IMG/VR virus record: IMGVR_UViG_3300005670_000014
Coordinates: 1 to 64,000 of that record
Direction: 5' to 3' (one strand)
DNA length: 64,000 nt
From: a virus
Lineage: Duplodnaviria > Caudoviricetes
Part shown: positions 17,977-26,876 of the stretch, piece by piece
Layout: every line of letters begins with the position of its first letter
Numbering within the stretch: the first letter of the stretch is position 1
Notes under the pieces: model-generated
The model's input: only the letters and a program-made list of their open reading frames with translations
Told to the model about the DNA's origin: nothing
The model's database searches: none
Translations under genes and position numbers: made by a program

Positions 17977-18228
17977 TTAATTAATCAGCCAACTATCTTC
18001 ATCGTCGAATTGCTTGGTTTTTTCAAAGACTTCAAGTTGGTAATCCGTCACCGTTTCAAAATCTCCAGCCTTGGCTTTGCACCAATCTTGTATCAACTTT
18101 TTATCTTCAAAATTGTCATACAAAAACTGGACATCTTTTTCCGCTATATCATAAACATATGATCCTTTGCTTCCGCACCATAATTTTCCCACTACAATCA
18201 GTCTGTTTTCATAGTAGTGAACGAGCAT
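17977..18228 (-). CDS. Hypothetical protein
   Basis: GGAG RBS before MLVHYY. Confidence 0.65.
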   Translation of the reverse strand: MLVHYYENRLIVVGKLWCGSKGSYVYDIAEKDVQFLYDNFEDKKLIQDWCKAKAGDFETVTDYQLEVFEKTKQFDDEDSWLIN

Positions 18229-18296
18229 GTTAATTCTCCGTTGGTGAATGGTGTACACCACACTCCATGATCTTATGGAGTGTGGTGATGAAAGTC

Positions 18297-18854
18297 TTAG
18301 TTGAACATGTCGCTATCACGAAGATAATCATACACATCTTCCGGGATGCGATCTTCATGCCGTGCAGCAAAAATGCTATCATCTGTTTTGCGGCAATAAT
18401 CAATTCGTTCTTCCAATGTGCAATCTTTCCACCATTGGTAAATGGCATTATCTTGACGTTCCATGTAATCATCTTCATCTAAAATGGGATATTCATGTTT
18501 CAAGTAGTGATGAAGATCATTCGCTCGTTCCAGTAATTCTTCCGGTGCATCAGCCCGAATCATCAGATATTCAACCCAACCCACGGCCCAATGACCTGCG
18601 CTCCAAATGTACATCCAATCACTGGGTAGTTCTTCTTCTTCACCCCAGTGATTGATCTGAGTGCGTGTGTTTGGTATGGGAATGGTGTCAATAATTTTTT
18701 GTAATTCTTGTTGCAGCATCTCCCAATTGGATTCTGTTAAAAGATCTGAATCTCGATGACGGGAATACAATACATAATCTCCCACCGGATCGAAACCAAA
18801 ATACGAATCGGGAGTCTTCCAAACCGGCATTGACATCTCAATAGCAGTGTTCAT
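18297..18854 (-). CDS. Conserved phage hypothetical (RHRDSD.L..SNW / GHWAVGWVE / YP.LDEDD family)
   Basis: Recognisable phage early-gene family; GGAG RBS. Confidence 0.75.
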   Translation of the reverse strand: MNTAIEMSMPVWKTPDSYFGFDPVGDYVLYSRHRDSDLLTESNWEMLQQELQKIIDTIPIPNTRTQINHWGEEEELPSDWMYIWSAGHWAVGWVEYLMIRADAPEELLERANDLHHYLKHEYPILDEDDYMERQDNAIYQWWKDCTLEERIDYCRKTDDSIFAARHEDRIPEDVYDYLRDSDMFN

Positions 18855-18905
18855 ACTTAAATTCTCCATGCAATGGTCAATCAGTGAGTGCTAAACCGCG
18901 AATGT

Positions 18906-18934
18906 AGTTTAGCACAGTTTTAAAGATTATGCAA
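18906..18934 (-). promoter_or_regulatory. Early promoter with an inverted repeat covering -10
   Basis: TTGCAT-17-TAAACT; GTGCTAAAC (18888-96) / GTTTAGCAC (18907-15). Confidence 0.7.
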
Positions 18935-18937
18935 GTA

Positions 18938-19228
18938 TTATATGGCAGTTCTCCAATTGATCTTCATACGCTTTTGCATCTTCAGTTTGCACTGATAATG
19001 CCGTTCATACATCTTGCGGACGTACTCCGTTTCTTCATCGGTGGCTAAACGAGTCTTTTGAACAACTCCGTAAGGATCTCCATCTCCATGTTGTCCAACT
19101 TCTTCCCACATTCCCACCGTGTATCTTCGTGGGTCAACATCTTCCGGGAAGATCAGTATGGGATTTTTATTACCGCTCTTCCATACGCGGCACACGGCCT
19201 TAATCGTTTCCAAAGTCTCACTCATCAC
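18938..19228 (-). CDS. Conserved hypothetical protein
   Basis: GGAG RBS; VGQHG motif. Confidence 0.7.
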   Translation of the reverse strand: MMSETLETIKAVCRVWKSGNKNPILIFPEDVDPRRYTVGMWEEVGQHGDGDPYGVVQKTRLATDEETEYVRKMYERHYQCKLKMQKRMKINWRTAI

Positions 19229-19237
19229 AATTCTCCG

Positions 19238-19438
19238 TCAAAGAGTCGTTTCATCGACATTTGCAAAAGGCAACTCTTCTTTAGTTTCCCATTGCGTCAC
19301 AATCGCATCATGAAGATGCTCCGTCAGCATCTCATTAATGCCGGGAAATTCTAGTAGCTTGTCGGGTGACAAATTACTGATCTCACCAAACAAGCCTTTG
19401 GTGAACTCTTCATCAGTCATCTGGGAATAATCAGTCAT
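19238..19438 (-). CDS. Small acidic protein, tandem paralog
   Basis: MTDYSQMTDEEF...PGI.E.L.EH.H. Confidence 0.7.
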   Translation of the reverse strand: MTDYSQMTDEEFTKGLFGEISNLSPDKLLEFPGINEMLTEHLHDAIVTQWETKEELPFANVDETTL

Positions 19439-19646
19439 CGTCACTCTCCGTGAGCATGTTTTCATACTTTTCATCGTCTTGATGTTTTTGTTCCCAACGA
19501 TCTAGTACTTCGTTGTGGAAGTGTTCACTAAGGATCTCATAAATACCAGGAATTTGTAATAAGTAATAAGCCACACAATCTTCGTTAATGATTTCACTCA
19601 GTTCTAAATCAAATTCTTCATCAGTCATTTTGGAATAATCAGTCAT
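19431..19646 (-). CDS. Small acidic protein, tandem paralog
   Basis: MTDYSKMTDEEF...PGI.E.L.EH.H. Confidence 0.7.
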   Translation of the reverse strand: MTDYSKMTDEEFDLELSEIINEDCVAYYLLQIPGIYEILSEHFHNEVLDRWEQKHQDDEKYENMLTESDDD

Positions 19647-19688
19647 TGTAATTCTCCGTAGTGAAGCCATCCTTGGCTTGGTATGGGA

Positions 19689-19976
19689 TTAAATTAGTGG
19701 CATCTGACGTTCGTACTTGTCAACCACCTCACAAATTCGTTTCGCCATCTTGCAAGCATGTTCATTACGCAGATCGTAATATCCTTCTGCATATTGTTCA
19801 TTCAAGCCTTCAATAAACTTCAAGCACAGTTCCATCTTGGCTTGAACAAGTGTTCGATGATCTTTAAGCATCAATTCGGCTAACTTGGCTATATCAGTAC
19901 GATCTCCGGCATTGACAACGCGGGAAATACCTTCAGCCGTGGTGATAACGAGTTCTTTCAGTTCATCGCGTGTCAT
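19689..19976 (-). CDS. Hypothetical protein
   Basis: GGAG RBS; directly after a promoter. Confidence 0.7.
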   Translation of the reverse strand: MTRDELKELVITTAEGISRVVNAGDRTDIAKLAELMLKDHRTLVQAKMELCLKFIEGLNEQYAEGYYDLRNEHACKMAKRICEVVDKYERQMPLI

Positions 19977-20024
19977 GTCAATTCTCCGAATGTTTCATGG
20001 GTTGCGCCATACTGGCGTATGGCA

Positions 20025-20053
20025 ATCATATCATACCAATTAAGAGTTTGCAA
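20025..20053 (-). promoter_or_regulatory. Early promoter with inverted repeat
   Basis: TTGCAA-17-TATGAT with TG; GCCATAC-TGGC-GTATGGC. Confidence 0.8.
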
Positions 20054-20054
20054 C

Positions 20055-20255
20055 TTAATTAGTTGTTGACTCTGGTTCCCAGTGCAAGCCAGTGATCTTG
20101 ACTTTGGGTTCTTTGTAGTCGGCACAATTTTCACCCATATTCATGAGCATCTGCCGTGCCAAACTCTTCGCTTGAACTGGGCCAATTGCTTCGACCTCAA
20201 ACGTGTATCCAGCGTGTTTTCTGGAACGAGGTGAAAAATCCACTTTAAAATTCAT
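20055..20255 (-). CDS. Hypothetical protein
   Basis: GGAG RBS. Confidence 0.65.
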   Translation of the reverse strand: MNFKVDFSPRSRKHAGYTFEVEAIGPVQAKSLARQMLMNMGENCADYKEPKVKITGLHWEPESTTN

Positions 20256-20488
20256 GACAATTCTCCACAGTAAGCCGGATACACTTCATCTTCATCTTCC
20301 CAATTAAAATCTGATTGACTGGGATGTTTGCAGCCCTCGATGGTATTCCATCCTTTGATGACCATTTCTTCTTCTACGATATCTGGATTGACGCCTTGTA
20401 ATTCTTTTGGGGTGAATATGACGACAGCAAACCCTTTATCAGCTAGTTCTTGCAATACATCTTGTACGTGTTTTGGGAATTTGATCAC
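20252..20488 (-). CDS. Hypothetical, paralog of 16374-16592
   Basis: GTG start after a GGAG RBS. Confidence 0.75.
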   Translation of the reverse strand: MIKFPKHVQDVLQELADKGFAVVIFTPKELQGVNPDIVEEEMVIKGWNTIEGCKHPSQSDFNWEDEDEVYPAYCGELS

Positions 20489-20537
20489 GTCAATTTCTCC
20501 GTAGTGTGGGGAGTTATACGTTTACTGGCGTAAACGT

Positions 20538-20566
20538 AGTTTATCATGGAATTAAAGAGTTAGCAA
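20538..20566 (-). promoter_or_regulatory. Early promoter with inverted repeat
   Basis: TTGCTA-17-TAAACT with TG; TACGTTTAC-TGGC-GTAAACGTA. Confidence 0.8.
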
Positions 20567-20976
20567 TGTACTTTTTCAAAATACTGCATCGCTTCTTCAT
20601 CGGGATACAAACCCAATTTGATTGCATCTTGCTTAGTGATAAAAGCTTTCCTAGCTTGGAAAATATCTTCCGCAATGGATTCTTGCAGCATTCGTTTAAT
20701 TGCATCTTCCGTAACGACCCAATAAGATCCCGTTGGGTACGCTCCGCTTAAATCGGGTTGTTTCTCGGTTAGTGGAGTCTTACTGACTTCAATCAATAAA
20801 ATACCTTGATCAAAGTTCTTCATGCATTGGTCGCATGGATTGTAATCTGTCACCATGTACATGGGAGCTTCACCTTTGAAAGCATTTCCCAATAACAAGA
20901 TTTCACCGGTACTTTCTTTACACCAGAAACACTGGCGCATGGTGGGATTCACTCCATGATCTTTATGCAGTTTCAT
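20560..20976 (-). CDS. Zn-binding hypothetical protein
   Basis: GVNP...CFWC...PCDQC; GGAG RBS. Confidence 0.7.
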   Translation of the reverse strand: MKLHKDHGVNPTMRQCFWCKESTGEILLLGNAFKGEAPMYMVTDYNPCDQCMKNFDQGILLIEVSKTPLTEKQPDLSGAYPTGSYWVVTEDAIKRMLQESIAEDIFQARKAFITKQDAIKLGLYPDEEAMQYFEKVHC

Positions 20977-21004
20977 TTGGATTCTCCGTAATAGCGGGAA
21001 AGTC

Positions 21005-21505
21005 TTAAATGCGAACGGTAAATTGGTTCATGAGAATGTTCATCGTTCCTTCGGTCACTTGGGGGTATAAAGTCTTGTTGATGGCAAGTAGCCAATCTCG
21101 ATAATACTTGAGTTGCCAACTATCACTATAGTTGATCTGAAACAACTCCATGGCACTTTCAAGAGTTTTTGGGAAGATCAACAAATTGGACGCTTTAAAA
21201 GGTTCCAATAGCAGTTGGTATACTGCATTTCCCCGATCATCGCAATACACCTTTTCTTGCCAATTCAGTAGAGTTGGATTCAAATTGTGTTCCACAATCC
21301 ACACCAATTCTTGGTGATCATGGGCTAACACTTTAATCAGATATGGCATGTGTAATCTTACCAACTCTCCATTGATAGAGTCAATGAGAATTTGGGTTGG
21401 ATAATCGGGAACATGCTGCACGGCATGTTTAAGAACATGTTCTTTAGTAGCGGAATCGAATAAAAATTCGACATCGTTCAGAATGTCAAGTGTACTGAGC
21501 AGCAT
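21005..21505 (-). CDS. Hypothetical protein
   Basis: GGAG RBS; after a promoter. Confidence 0.65.
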   Translation of the reverse strand: MLLSTLDILNDVEFLFDSATKEHVLKHAVQHVPDYPTQILIDSINGELVRLHMPYLIKVLAHDHQELVWIVEHNLNPTLLNWQEKVYCDDRGNAVYQLLLEPFKASNLLIFPKTLESAMELFQINYSDSWQLKYYRDWLLAINKTLYPQVTEGTMNILMNQFTVRI

Positions 21506-21552
21506 GATTAATCTCCAACGTGGTGGGTTATGTCAATTCGCTTGACGCATTC

Positions 21553-21581
21553 AGTTTAACACAGTATTAAAGAATATGCAA
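21553..21581 (-). promoter_or_regulatory. Early promoter
   Basis: TTGCAT-17-TAAACT with TG. Confidence 0.7.
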
Positions 21582-21582
21582 A

Positions 21583-21813
21583 TTAATTTGCATTTAATTC
21601 TTTGATTTTCCAGTGAACTTCCTTATTCTTAGTGAAATACAGATCTTCCACTTGCATGGGCAAGTGATTAATACGGAAAGATCTATTCACTTCTTTGATT
21701 GCCCAAATCTTATCTTCCTGATCCAGTTCATAGTTTGCCAGCATAAATTCTGCTGCGCAGTCTGGATGACCATTAATTTTCTTAATGACCTCTTTGGGGG
21801 TTAAGTATTTCAT
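21583..21813 (-). CDS. Hypothetical protein
   Basis: AAGGAG RBS before MKYLTP. Confidence 0.65.
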   Translation of the reverse strand: MKYLTPKEVIKKINGHPDCAAEFMLANYELDQEDKIWAIKEVNRSFRINHLPMQVEDLYFTKNKEVHWKIKELNAN

Positions 21814-21890
21814 AACGGACTCCTTGAAAAAGTCCATAATACTATAGTTGATGCGTTGCAGCAAAGGCATCGCTGCAACGCACGTCTGGG

Positions 21891-22088
21891 TTATCTCGTT
21901 CCTGTTCGCAATATGGGAATCTTACGTAGCACTTGTGGATACAAAGGTTCGTGTCGAATCAACTGCTCATGTTCCTTTTTGAGCTTTTTCATCGCTTTCA
22001 ACATCCGATCATGATTCTTGAACATCAAATTAGCGGTACGCCGATCACGACGTTCTTTGTTCTTGACGAAATAAAATTCATGCGGCAT
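21891..22088 (-). CDS. Small basic hypothetical protein
   Basis: AAGGAGG RBS before MPHEFY. Confidence 0.6.
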   Translation of the reverse strand: MPHEFYFVKNKERRDRRTANLMFKNHDRMLKAMKKLKKEHEQLIRHEPLYPQVLRKIPILRTGTR

Positions 22089-22572
22089 GACACACCTCCT
22101 TATACTTGTTGTACGCCCAATCGTATGCATACTCTCGAAAGTGAATGCCCAGACGGGTAATGACGGCGGCTCCACCTAAAAATTCATCGGGACGCGGTTT
22201 ACTGCATGTCTCCGCCCAAGTGAACAGAATAAAACTCGGAATGGGAATCAAGATGTACAGTTTTAGTAATGCATATAGCCATTCCGTAGCTAAGTCTACG
22301 TTACCGTACTCTTCACTGTACACGTAGTAATAACTGGAACCTTCGATGCGGGTGATGAATCCACGATCTACGTAATCCAGTGACGTTGCAATGAGATCAG
22401 TTTGTTCCAACACATCTTTGGCAAATGCGGGAACCGTAGCCCATATCTTATCAACATCGGGAATGGGTTCTTCAAAAATCCCTAAATACCATGTTTCTAA
22501 CTCTTTAAGTTGGTCGATCTTGTCGGGATTGAGTGTGACTCCCACCGAGAATTGGATGTAATTGTCAGCCAT
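22078..22572 (-). CDS. Conserved phage hypothetical (MADNY.QFS / W..TCSKPR.DEF.GGA.VIT family)
   Basis: Recognisable motif; GGAG RBS. Confidence 0.75.
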   Translation of the reverse strand: MADNYIQFSVGVTLNPDKIDQLKELETWYLGIFEEPIPDVDKIWATVPAFAKDVLEQTDLIATSLDYVDRGFITRIEGSSYYYVYSEEYGNVDLATEWLYALLKLYILIPIPSFILFTWAETCSKPRPDEFLGGAAVITRLGIHFREYAYDWAYNKYKEVCHAA

Positions 22573-22574
22573 GA

Positions 22575-22856
22575 TTATTCTCCCAAGTGAGCATAAATTT
22601 CTTGAAGCACCAATTCTTCGGATGCACCAATGAAATGGGGAAAGATTGGCATAACACTTTCCCCCATTGGATCTTCAATCATTCGTCGTTTCAGATTGAT
22701 GTGAAACTCACCAATTTGATTACCCATATCTTCAGTCCATATCTGTATTGGATTGATCTTGATGTGTTTGGAATTCTTGGGCATTTTCAGTTCAACATTC
22801 TCAAATGCATTGAACTGATCTTCAATAAACCACAGTTGATCTACCATCGTATTCAT
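22575..22856 (-). CDS. Hypothetical protein
   Basis: GGAG RBS. Confidence 0.65.
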   Translation of the reverse strand: MNTMVDQLWFIEDQFNAFENVELKMPKNSKHIKINPIQIWTEDMGNQIGEFHINLKRRMIEDPMGESVMPIFPHFIGASEELVLQEIYAHLGE

Positions 22857-22883
22857 GACTTAATTCTCCGAGTGTGGGGCAAT

Positions 22884-22906
22884 AAAAAAACCCGTAGGAT
22901 CTACGG
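22884..22906 (-). terminator. Intrinsic terminator of leftward transcription
   Basis: CCCGTAG-ATC-CTACGGG followed by T7 on the minus strand. Confidence 0.75.
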
Positions 22907-22925
22907 GCGTGTGGATAAAAAATTC

Positions 22926-23222
22926 TTAATTTTTACAATTAAGAACGTGGTAATTCTTGCTGTGTGGGTATGGCACGAAGTAATAACCATCATCCTTTCT
23001 GGAAATGAATCCGGTGATATTCTTTTTCTTGTACTGAATTCTTGCTGGAACACTGAAGAATGTGTTGGGTTCTCCAGTCACCTACGCAGTCAGTCTGATT
23101 TCAGTACCAGCAATGGGACAATTTTTCACTTTACTGAGTGAACATTGTGGTCTGGGTGTGTGAAAACTCTTGCTACCATTGGGGTATTCAGTACCCGGAT
23201 CTTTGGGGTCGGTGTAGTACAT
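22926..23222 (-). pseudogene. 98-codon gene interrupted by one in-frame TAG (23082-23084)
   Basis: GGAG RBS, MYYTDP...KVKNCPIAGTEIRLTA*VTGEPNTFFSVPARIQYKKKNITGFIS...; missing from the ORF track. Confidence 0.6.
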
Positions 23223-23334
23223 CTGCTTTTCTCCATTCACGTTGATCTTTGGGTCGATACGCTTTAGTGCGATCTCGATGAATTTGAATCCGGTTAATCT
23301 TTCGATTAACTTTAGCCACTGGATTCTTCATCAT
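23188..23334 (-). CDS. 48-aa basic protein (KNPVAK family)
   Basis: MMKNPVAKVNRKINRIQIHRDRTKAY...; resembles a common small phage protein; below the ORF-track cutoff. Confidence 0.5.
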   Translation of the reverse strand: MMKNPVAKVNRKINRIQIHRDRTKAYRPKDQREWRKADVLHRPQRSGY

Positions 23335-23542
23335 CCACCTCATGGATGGTAATCGTGCTTTCATCATTTGAAAGCAGATTGAAGTCGTGTTCCAATGTGT
23401 GAGTAAGGCCCGTCATTGGATCTTCAAATTCACATCGAATGATGATCTTGACTCGATCTAATTTAGTGCCGGAACTGTAAAATGGAGCCTTGCTAAAACT
23501 CACTCTTGTTACGTTATGTAAAAACGTGGATTCAAGTATCAT
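23312..23542 (-). CDS. Hypothetical protein
   Basis: GGAG RBS; after a promoter. Confidence 0.65.
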   Translation of the reverse strand: MILESTFLHNVTRVSFSKAPFYSSGTKLDRVKIIIRCEFEDPMTGLTHTLEHDFNLLSNDESTITIHEVDDEESSG

Positions 23543-23589
23543 GTCAATTCTCCATCATTTCAGTGGGTTGTGCCATGCTGCGCAAATTC

Positions 23590-23618
23590 AGTTTAGCACA
23601 CGTTTGAAGAGTTTGCAA
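23590..23618 (-). promoter_or_regulatory. Early promoter
   Basis: TTGCAA-17-TAAACT with TG. Confidence 0.75.
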
Positions 23619-23620
23619 TA

Positions 23621-24181
23621 TTAAAGTTTGCAAAGCTTTTCAATGCGTCGGCAAATCCATTGGGTTCTGTTTGTATAGTCGGGATTTTTGTTATATGCTT
23701 CCAGTTTCTTATCCAGCAAATAATCCATGAGTTCTATGTAACTCAATTCCATGCAGTTTAGTAATATACAGCAGAGTTTTACAGTGGCTACACTTGCACA
23801 TCTTTGGTAGTAAGGTCTACCCTTAAAATCTTTTTGGTCAGTTTTGACCACCAAGCAGACTTCCATGAGTGGACTGCGATCTGGAAATTGTTTATTGACC
23901 GCTTCTGCATTGCTTGACCACGGCCCTTTTAACACCACTTCACTGCCGTCTTGCATGATAATGGGAATGTGTCTGCCACCAAAACCTCCATTATTATCTG
24001 GACCTTTCCAGTAGAAAAAGCTACCGAAACCTTCAGTATCTTCAGCCCGGTATACACCGCAGCGTTCTTCATAGCGAAAGCAATGTGCTTCCAAGGATTG
24101 GAACTGATCTACTTCGATCTCAATTTGAGGATCTGTATCCCAATTTAAGCATAAATCAATCTTAGCGCCAATGATGTTCAT
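23621..24181 (-). CDS. Conserved phage hypothetical (GFGGR...LKGPWSSN family)
   Basis: GGAG RBS before MNIIGA. Confidence 0.7.
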   Translation of the reverse strand: MNIIGAKIDLCLNWDTDPQIEIEVDQFQSLEAHCFRYEERCGVYRAEDTEGFGSFFYWKGPDNNGGFGGRHIPIIMQDGSEVVLKGPWSSNAEAVNKQFPDRSPLMEVCLVVKTDQKDFKGRPYYQRCASVATVKLCCILLNCMELSYIELMDYLLDKKLEAYNKNPDYTNRTQWICRRIEKLCKL

Positions 24182-24231
24182 ACTTAATTTCTCCGTAATG
24201 TGGATTGTTATACGCTTACTGGCGTAAGCGC

Positions 24232-24260
24232 AGTTTAGCACGGAATTAAAGAGTTAGCAA
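24232..24260 (-). promoter_or_regulatory. Early promoter with inverted repeat
   Basis: TTGCTA-17-TAAACT with TG; CGCTTAC-TGGC-GTAAGCG. Confidence 0.8.
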
Positions 24261-24264
24261 ACAT

Positions 24265-24738
24265 TTACTGTAGAAATGTACAGTTAAATGAAGTGCAACC
24301 TTCAGCGTATTCAAAGAATGCATCTTCAACATCGCTCTGCCATTTACAATATTCTTCAAACTCTTTATCGGGATCTGGAACCTCTTCTTCACCTAATTCA
24401 TTCGTAGCCCACATCAAAAGATCATAATGTGTTTCAGTTTTATCAGTCTGAATCCATCCAGCGAAACATCCATCCGTAGATGTTCCAATGAGATAACCCG
24501 TTCCATTTTCTCTAAAAAAATTGATGTTAGTCAGATTTCGATAGTAATAATTGGGAATATAAATCTGCATTTTATCATTGAAAATGGTGGGGAACTCTGT
24601 TACTCGATGACCATTTTCATTTAAAAAGTAACCCTCTTCATCAATCCAAAGACCTTTTTTTAAGATGTTGATTATTTTTAGAAATGAATCTTGGTCACTA
24701 AAAACAATCTCACCTTCCATACGTGAATAAAAGGACAT
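24265..24738 (-). CDS. Hypothetical protein
   Basis: GGAG RBS before MSFYSR. Confidence 0.7.
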   Translation of the reverse strand: MSFYSRMEGEIVFSDQDSFLKIINILKKGLWIDEEGYFLNENGHRVTEFPTIFNDKMQIYIPNYYYRNLTNINFFRENGTGYLIGTSTDGCFAGWIQTDKTETHYDLLMWATNELGEEEVPDPDKEFEEYCKWQSDVEDAFFEYAEGCTSFNCTFLQ

Positions 24739-24739
24739 T

Positions 24740-24961
24740 TTAGTTCTCCAATCGTGGGATAAAAAGTGATTCCAGTTTAGACCAGCCATCTCCATTTTGG
24801 TAAACAAAACCTTCCACGGTACATGGAGTGGGAAAAGGTCCTTGTTCTTCAATTTGGTTAATGGCCCATTCTTTAACACAGTTATAGCCGTGTCCGAGAA
24901 TAATAACATCCTTAATTTTAGAACCGTTCGGTTTCCGAACGGAGATGTTTATCATATTCAT
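24740..24961 (-). CDS. Hypothetical protein
   Basis: GAGG RBS. Confidence 0.6.
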   Translation of the reverse strand: MNMINISVRKPNGSKIKDVIILGHGYNCVKEWAINQIEEQGPFPTPCTVEGFVYQNGDGWSKLESLFIPRLEN

Positions 24962-24962
24962 G

Positions 24963-25133
24963 TTAGTTCCTCTTCATGAAATAGTCATCGCTGGAAATAC
25001 GATGATCGCCTTCATCGTCAGTAATAATAATGGGTTGACCACAAGACCATCGTGCTAAATACATGGCAATGGTTAAGATTGTGCTATGAAATCGGCAGTG
25101 CATCCAAAAAGATTTTAAAGCGGATACCTTCAT
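24963..25133 (-). CDS. 56-aa hypothetical protein
   Basis: MKVSALKSFW...YFMKRN; GGAG RBS; below the ORF-track cutoff. Confidence 0.55.
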   Translation of the reverse strand: MKVSALKSFWMHCRFHSTILTIAMYLARWSCGQPIIITDDEGDHRISSDDYFMKRN

Positions 25134-25220
25134 CGTGAATTCTCCAGTGGAATAGTTGTACTGGAATATACAGATGTATCTTCCAGTACAACCACTCTGT
25201 ATTGAGTGGTTGTACTTTTA

Positions 25221-25562
25221 CTAGATGTTCATTAACATTCTAGCAATTTTTCGACCCACCTGCTCTACATTGTTAGCCTTCACTACGAACACATCTTGTC
25301 CATAAGCCGTCTTGAGTGACAGTCCGTTGGTAGATTGAAGCGCCACCAAATCTTCAATCAATGAATCTTCCATGCACACCAGCATCGGAATGTCCAGCAT
25401 CCTTAACACATTCACCAGTTCACCTATGCCCGGTGTGGTTGCGGCAACTTCCATCTTTCCACCAATCGAAACCATGGTAAAGAATTTGGATGGATTGTGA
25501 AAGTTTCTTGCTTTGGGAAGTATCTTGGACGTTTCGTAGTCTTGGCGATTTTCAATCATCAT
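25221..25562 (-). CDS. Hypothetical protein
   Basis: GGAG RBS before MMIENR. Confidence 0.65.
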   Translation of the reverse strand: MMIENRQDYETSKILPKARNFHNPSKFFTMVSIGGKMEVAATTPGIGELVNVLRMLDIPMLVCMEDSLIEDLVALQSTNGLSLKTAYGQDVFVVKANNVEQVGRKIARMLMNI

Positions 25563-25657
25563 TAATTCTCCGATTAGTGGGGGTATATCACACAATACAA
25601 CAAATCTGCTTGCTGTATTGTGTGATATACCCACATCTTATGATGTGGGTATTCAGT

Positions 25658-25861
25658 CTAGCGGTACTGTTGTGTTCGGTAATTCTTCCAGCTTTTGACT
25701 TGGTATGAACTTCTGACCCAATCATCCCATGCATTGGGAAGGTTACGTGCGGATCTGGCAGCACGTAATTTGATATTGACATCAAATTCTTTTGAGTCAA
25801 TAATCAGACCTGTCCACAGTTTACGCTCTTGAGTCGTTTTGGGGTGACGGTAATAAGACAT
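25658..25861 (-). CDS. Conserved small basic phage protein (R.PKTTQE...LP..WDD...SWK..R..Q family)
   Basis: Recognisable motif; AAGGAG RBS. Confidence 0.75.
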   Translation of the reverse strand: MSYYRHPKTTQERKLWTGLIIDSKEFDVNIKLRAARSARNLPNAWDDWVRSSYQVKSWKNYRTQQYR

Positions 25862-25871
25862 GATTCACTCC

Positions 25872-26129
25872 TTAATGTTGTCCAGAATCTCGGACGCGCC
25901 AAGTGTAACCATCATCATCTACACCGACGCACTCCAACAACTGCAATGAACTCCCTAATTCTTCCAGTACAGTATTGAGTTTGTTCTTGATGGGTTCCAT
26001 GTCATCCCAATACATGTGATCTGGTATAGCTTCTCCGTAAGCTATGACCGCATCTTCATTAATCTCGGATTCTAGCCAATCCATAATTTCTTGATCGTGC
26101 AACTTGCCAGACCATTCGATCTTTAACAT
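25872..26129 (-). CDS. Acidic hypothetical protein
   Basis: GGAG RBS. Confidence 0.65.
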   Translation of the reverse strand: MLKIEWSGKLHDQEIMDWLESEINEDAVIAYGEAIPDHMYWDDMEPIKNKLNTVLEELGSSLQLLECVGVDDDGYTWRVRDSGQH

Positions 26130-26169
26130 GTTAGTTCTCCGTAAAGTGCCATCCTTGGCAATGGAATCA

Positions 26170-26379
26170 TTAGTTTACTTTAACAACACAACCATCTTCA
26201 ATGGTTGCAGTAGCATACCATTTATGAGGCTGTGGGTAGTGTGGTCCTTCCAATGCTACCTTACCATTCTTGGGAGTATTGCCACCAAAAGGTCCGGGCT
26301 GGAAAATGGTCACGCGATCACCTTTGGCAATTGCTTCCTTCAAAGCTTTCTTTGTTTGAAAATTGGTGGAAGTATACAT
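26170..26379 (-). CDS. Conserved small phage protein (NFQTKK.LKEA...EGPHYP.PHKWYA family)
   Basis: Recognisable motif; GGAG RBS. Confidence 0.75.
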   Translation of the reverse strand: MYTSTNFQTKKALKEAIAKGDRVTIFQPGPFGGNTPKNGKVALEGPHYPQPHKWYATATIEDGCVVKVN

Positions 26380-26427
26380 GTTAATTCTCCAAGTTGTTCG
26401 TGGGTTGCGCAAAATTGGCGCAATCGC

Positions 26428-26456
26428 AGTGTATCACGCCAATGAAGATTTTGCAA
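26428..26456 (-). promoter_or_regulatory. Early promoter
   Basis: TTGCAA-17-TACACT with TG; TGGC at the conserved position (26416-19). Confidence 0.75.
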
Positions 26457-26460
26457 TGAA

Positions 26461-26634
26461 TTATACTAAAAACACAGTCAAAATCTTGAATGTGTTTAAA
26501 GTAAAATCTTGGCTGAGTAAATTCTCCACAGCCAATCTTGCCATTTCAGCGCATGTTGCGCCAAATCGAAAAGAACTTTTACGAATACTGTTCTTACGAG
26601 TCACAGCAATGTACGTAATTCTGAATTCGTTCAT
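26461..26634 (-). CDS. 57-aa hypothetical protein
   Basis: GGAG RBS before MNEFRI. Confidence 0.55.
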   Translation of the reverse strand: MNEFRITYIAVTRKNSIRKSSFRFGATCAEMARLAVENLLSQDFTLNTFKILTVFLV

Positions 26635-26683
26635 GACTAATTCTCCAAGTTTTCCAGTGCTTACACCATGCTGGCGCATGGCA

Positions 26684-26712
26684 ATTTTAACACGGCATTT
26701 AAGAGTTTGCAA
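26684..26712 (-). promoter_or_regulatory. Early promoter with inverted repeat
   Basis: TTGCAA-17-TAAAAT with TG; CCATGC-TGGC-GCATGG. Confidence 0.8.
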
Positions 26713-26719
26713 ATAATAC

Positions 26720-26748
26720 TTGACAACTAACTTTAGTTTCTGTATAGT
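26720..26748 (+). promoter_or_regulatory. Rightward sigma70 promoter, back-to-back with the leftward one
   Basis: TTGACA-17-TATAGT. Confidence 0.75.
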
Positions 26749-26876
26749 GAACACACTCCGTAGTAAGAGAAAAGAGTGCTAAAGATTTTATATCAGGTTG
26801 CTTTGTTTGATGTTCGGTTCTGCACTCCGATTACTACCTTCAAACAAAACAACCTTTTTATTTGGAGATTTTTAAA

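Noticed and set aside
23082-23084. Alternative genetic code (TAG=Gln or similar)
   Set aside because: TAG ends several genes at their expected C-termini (394, 2606, 60322), and long genes have no internal TAG. The TAG-PNF at 3431 upstream of the Rha fragment is not followed by a convincing Rha N-terminus.
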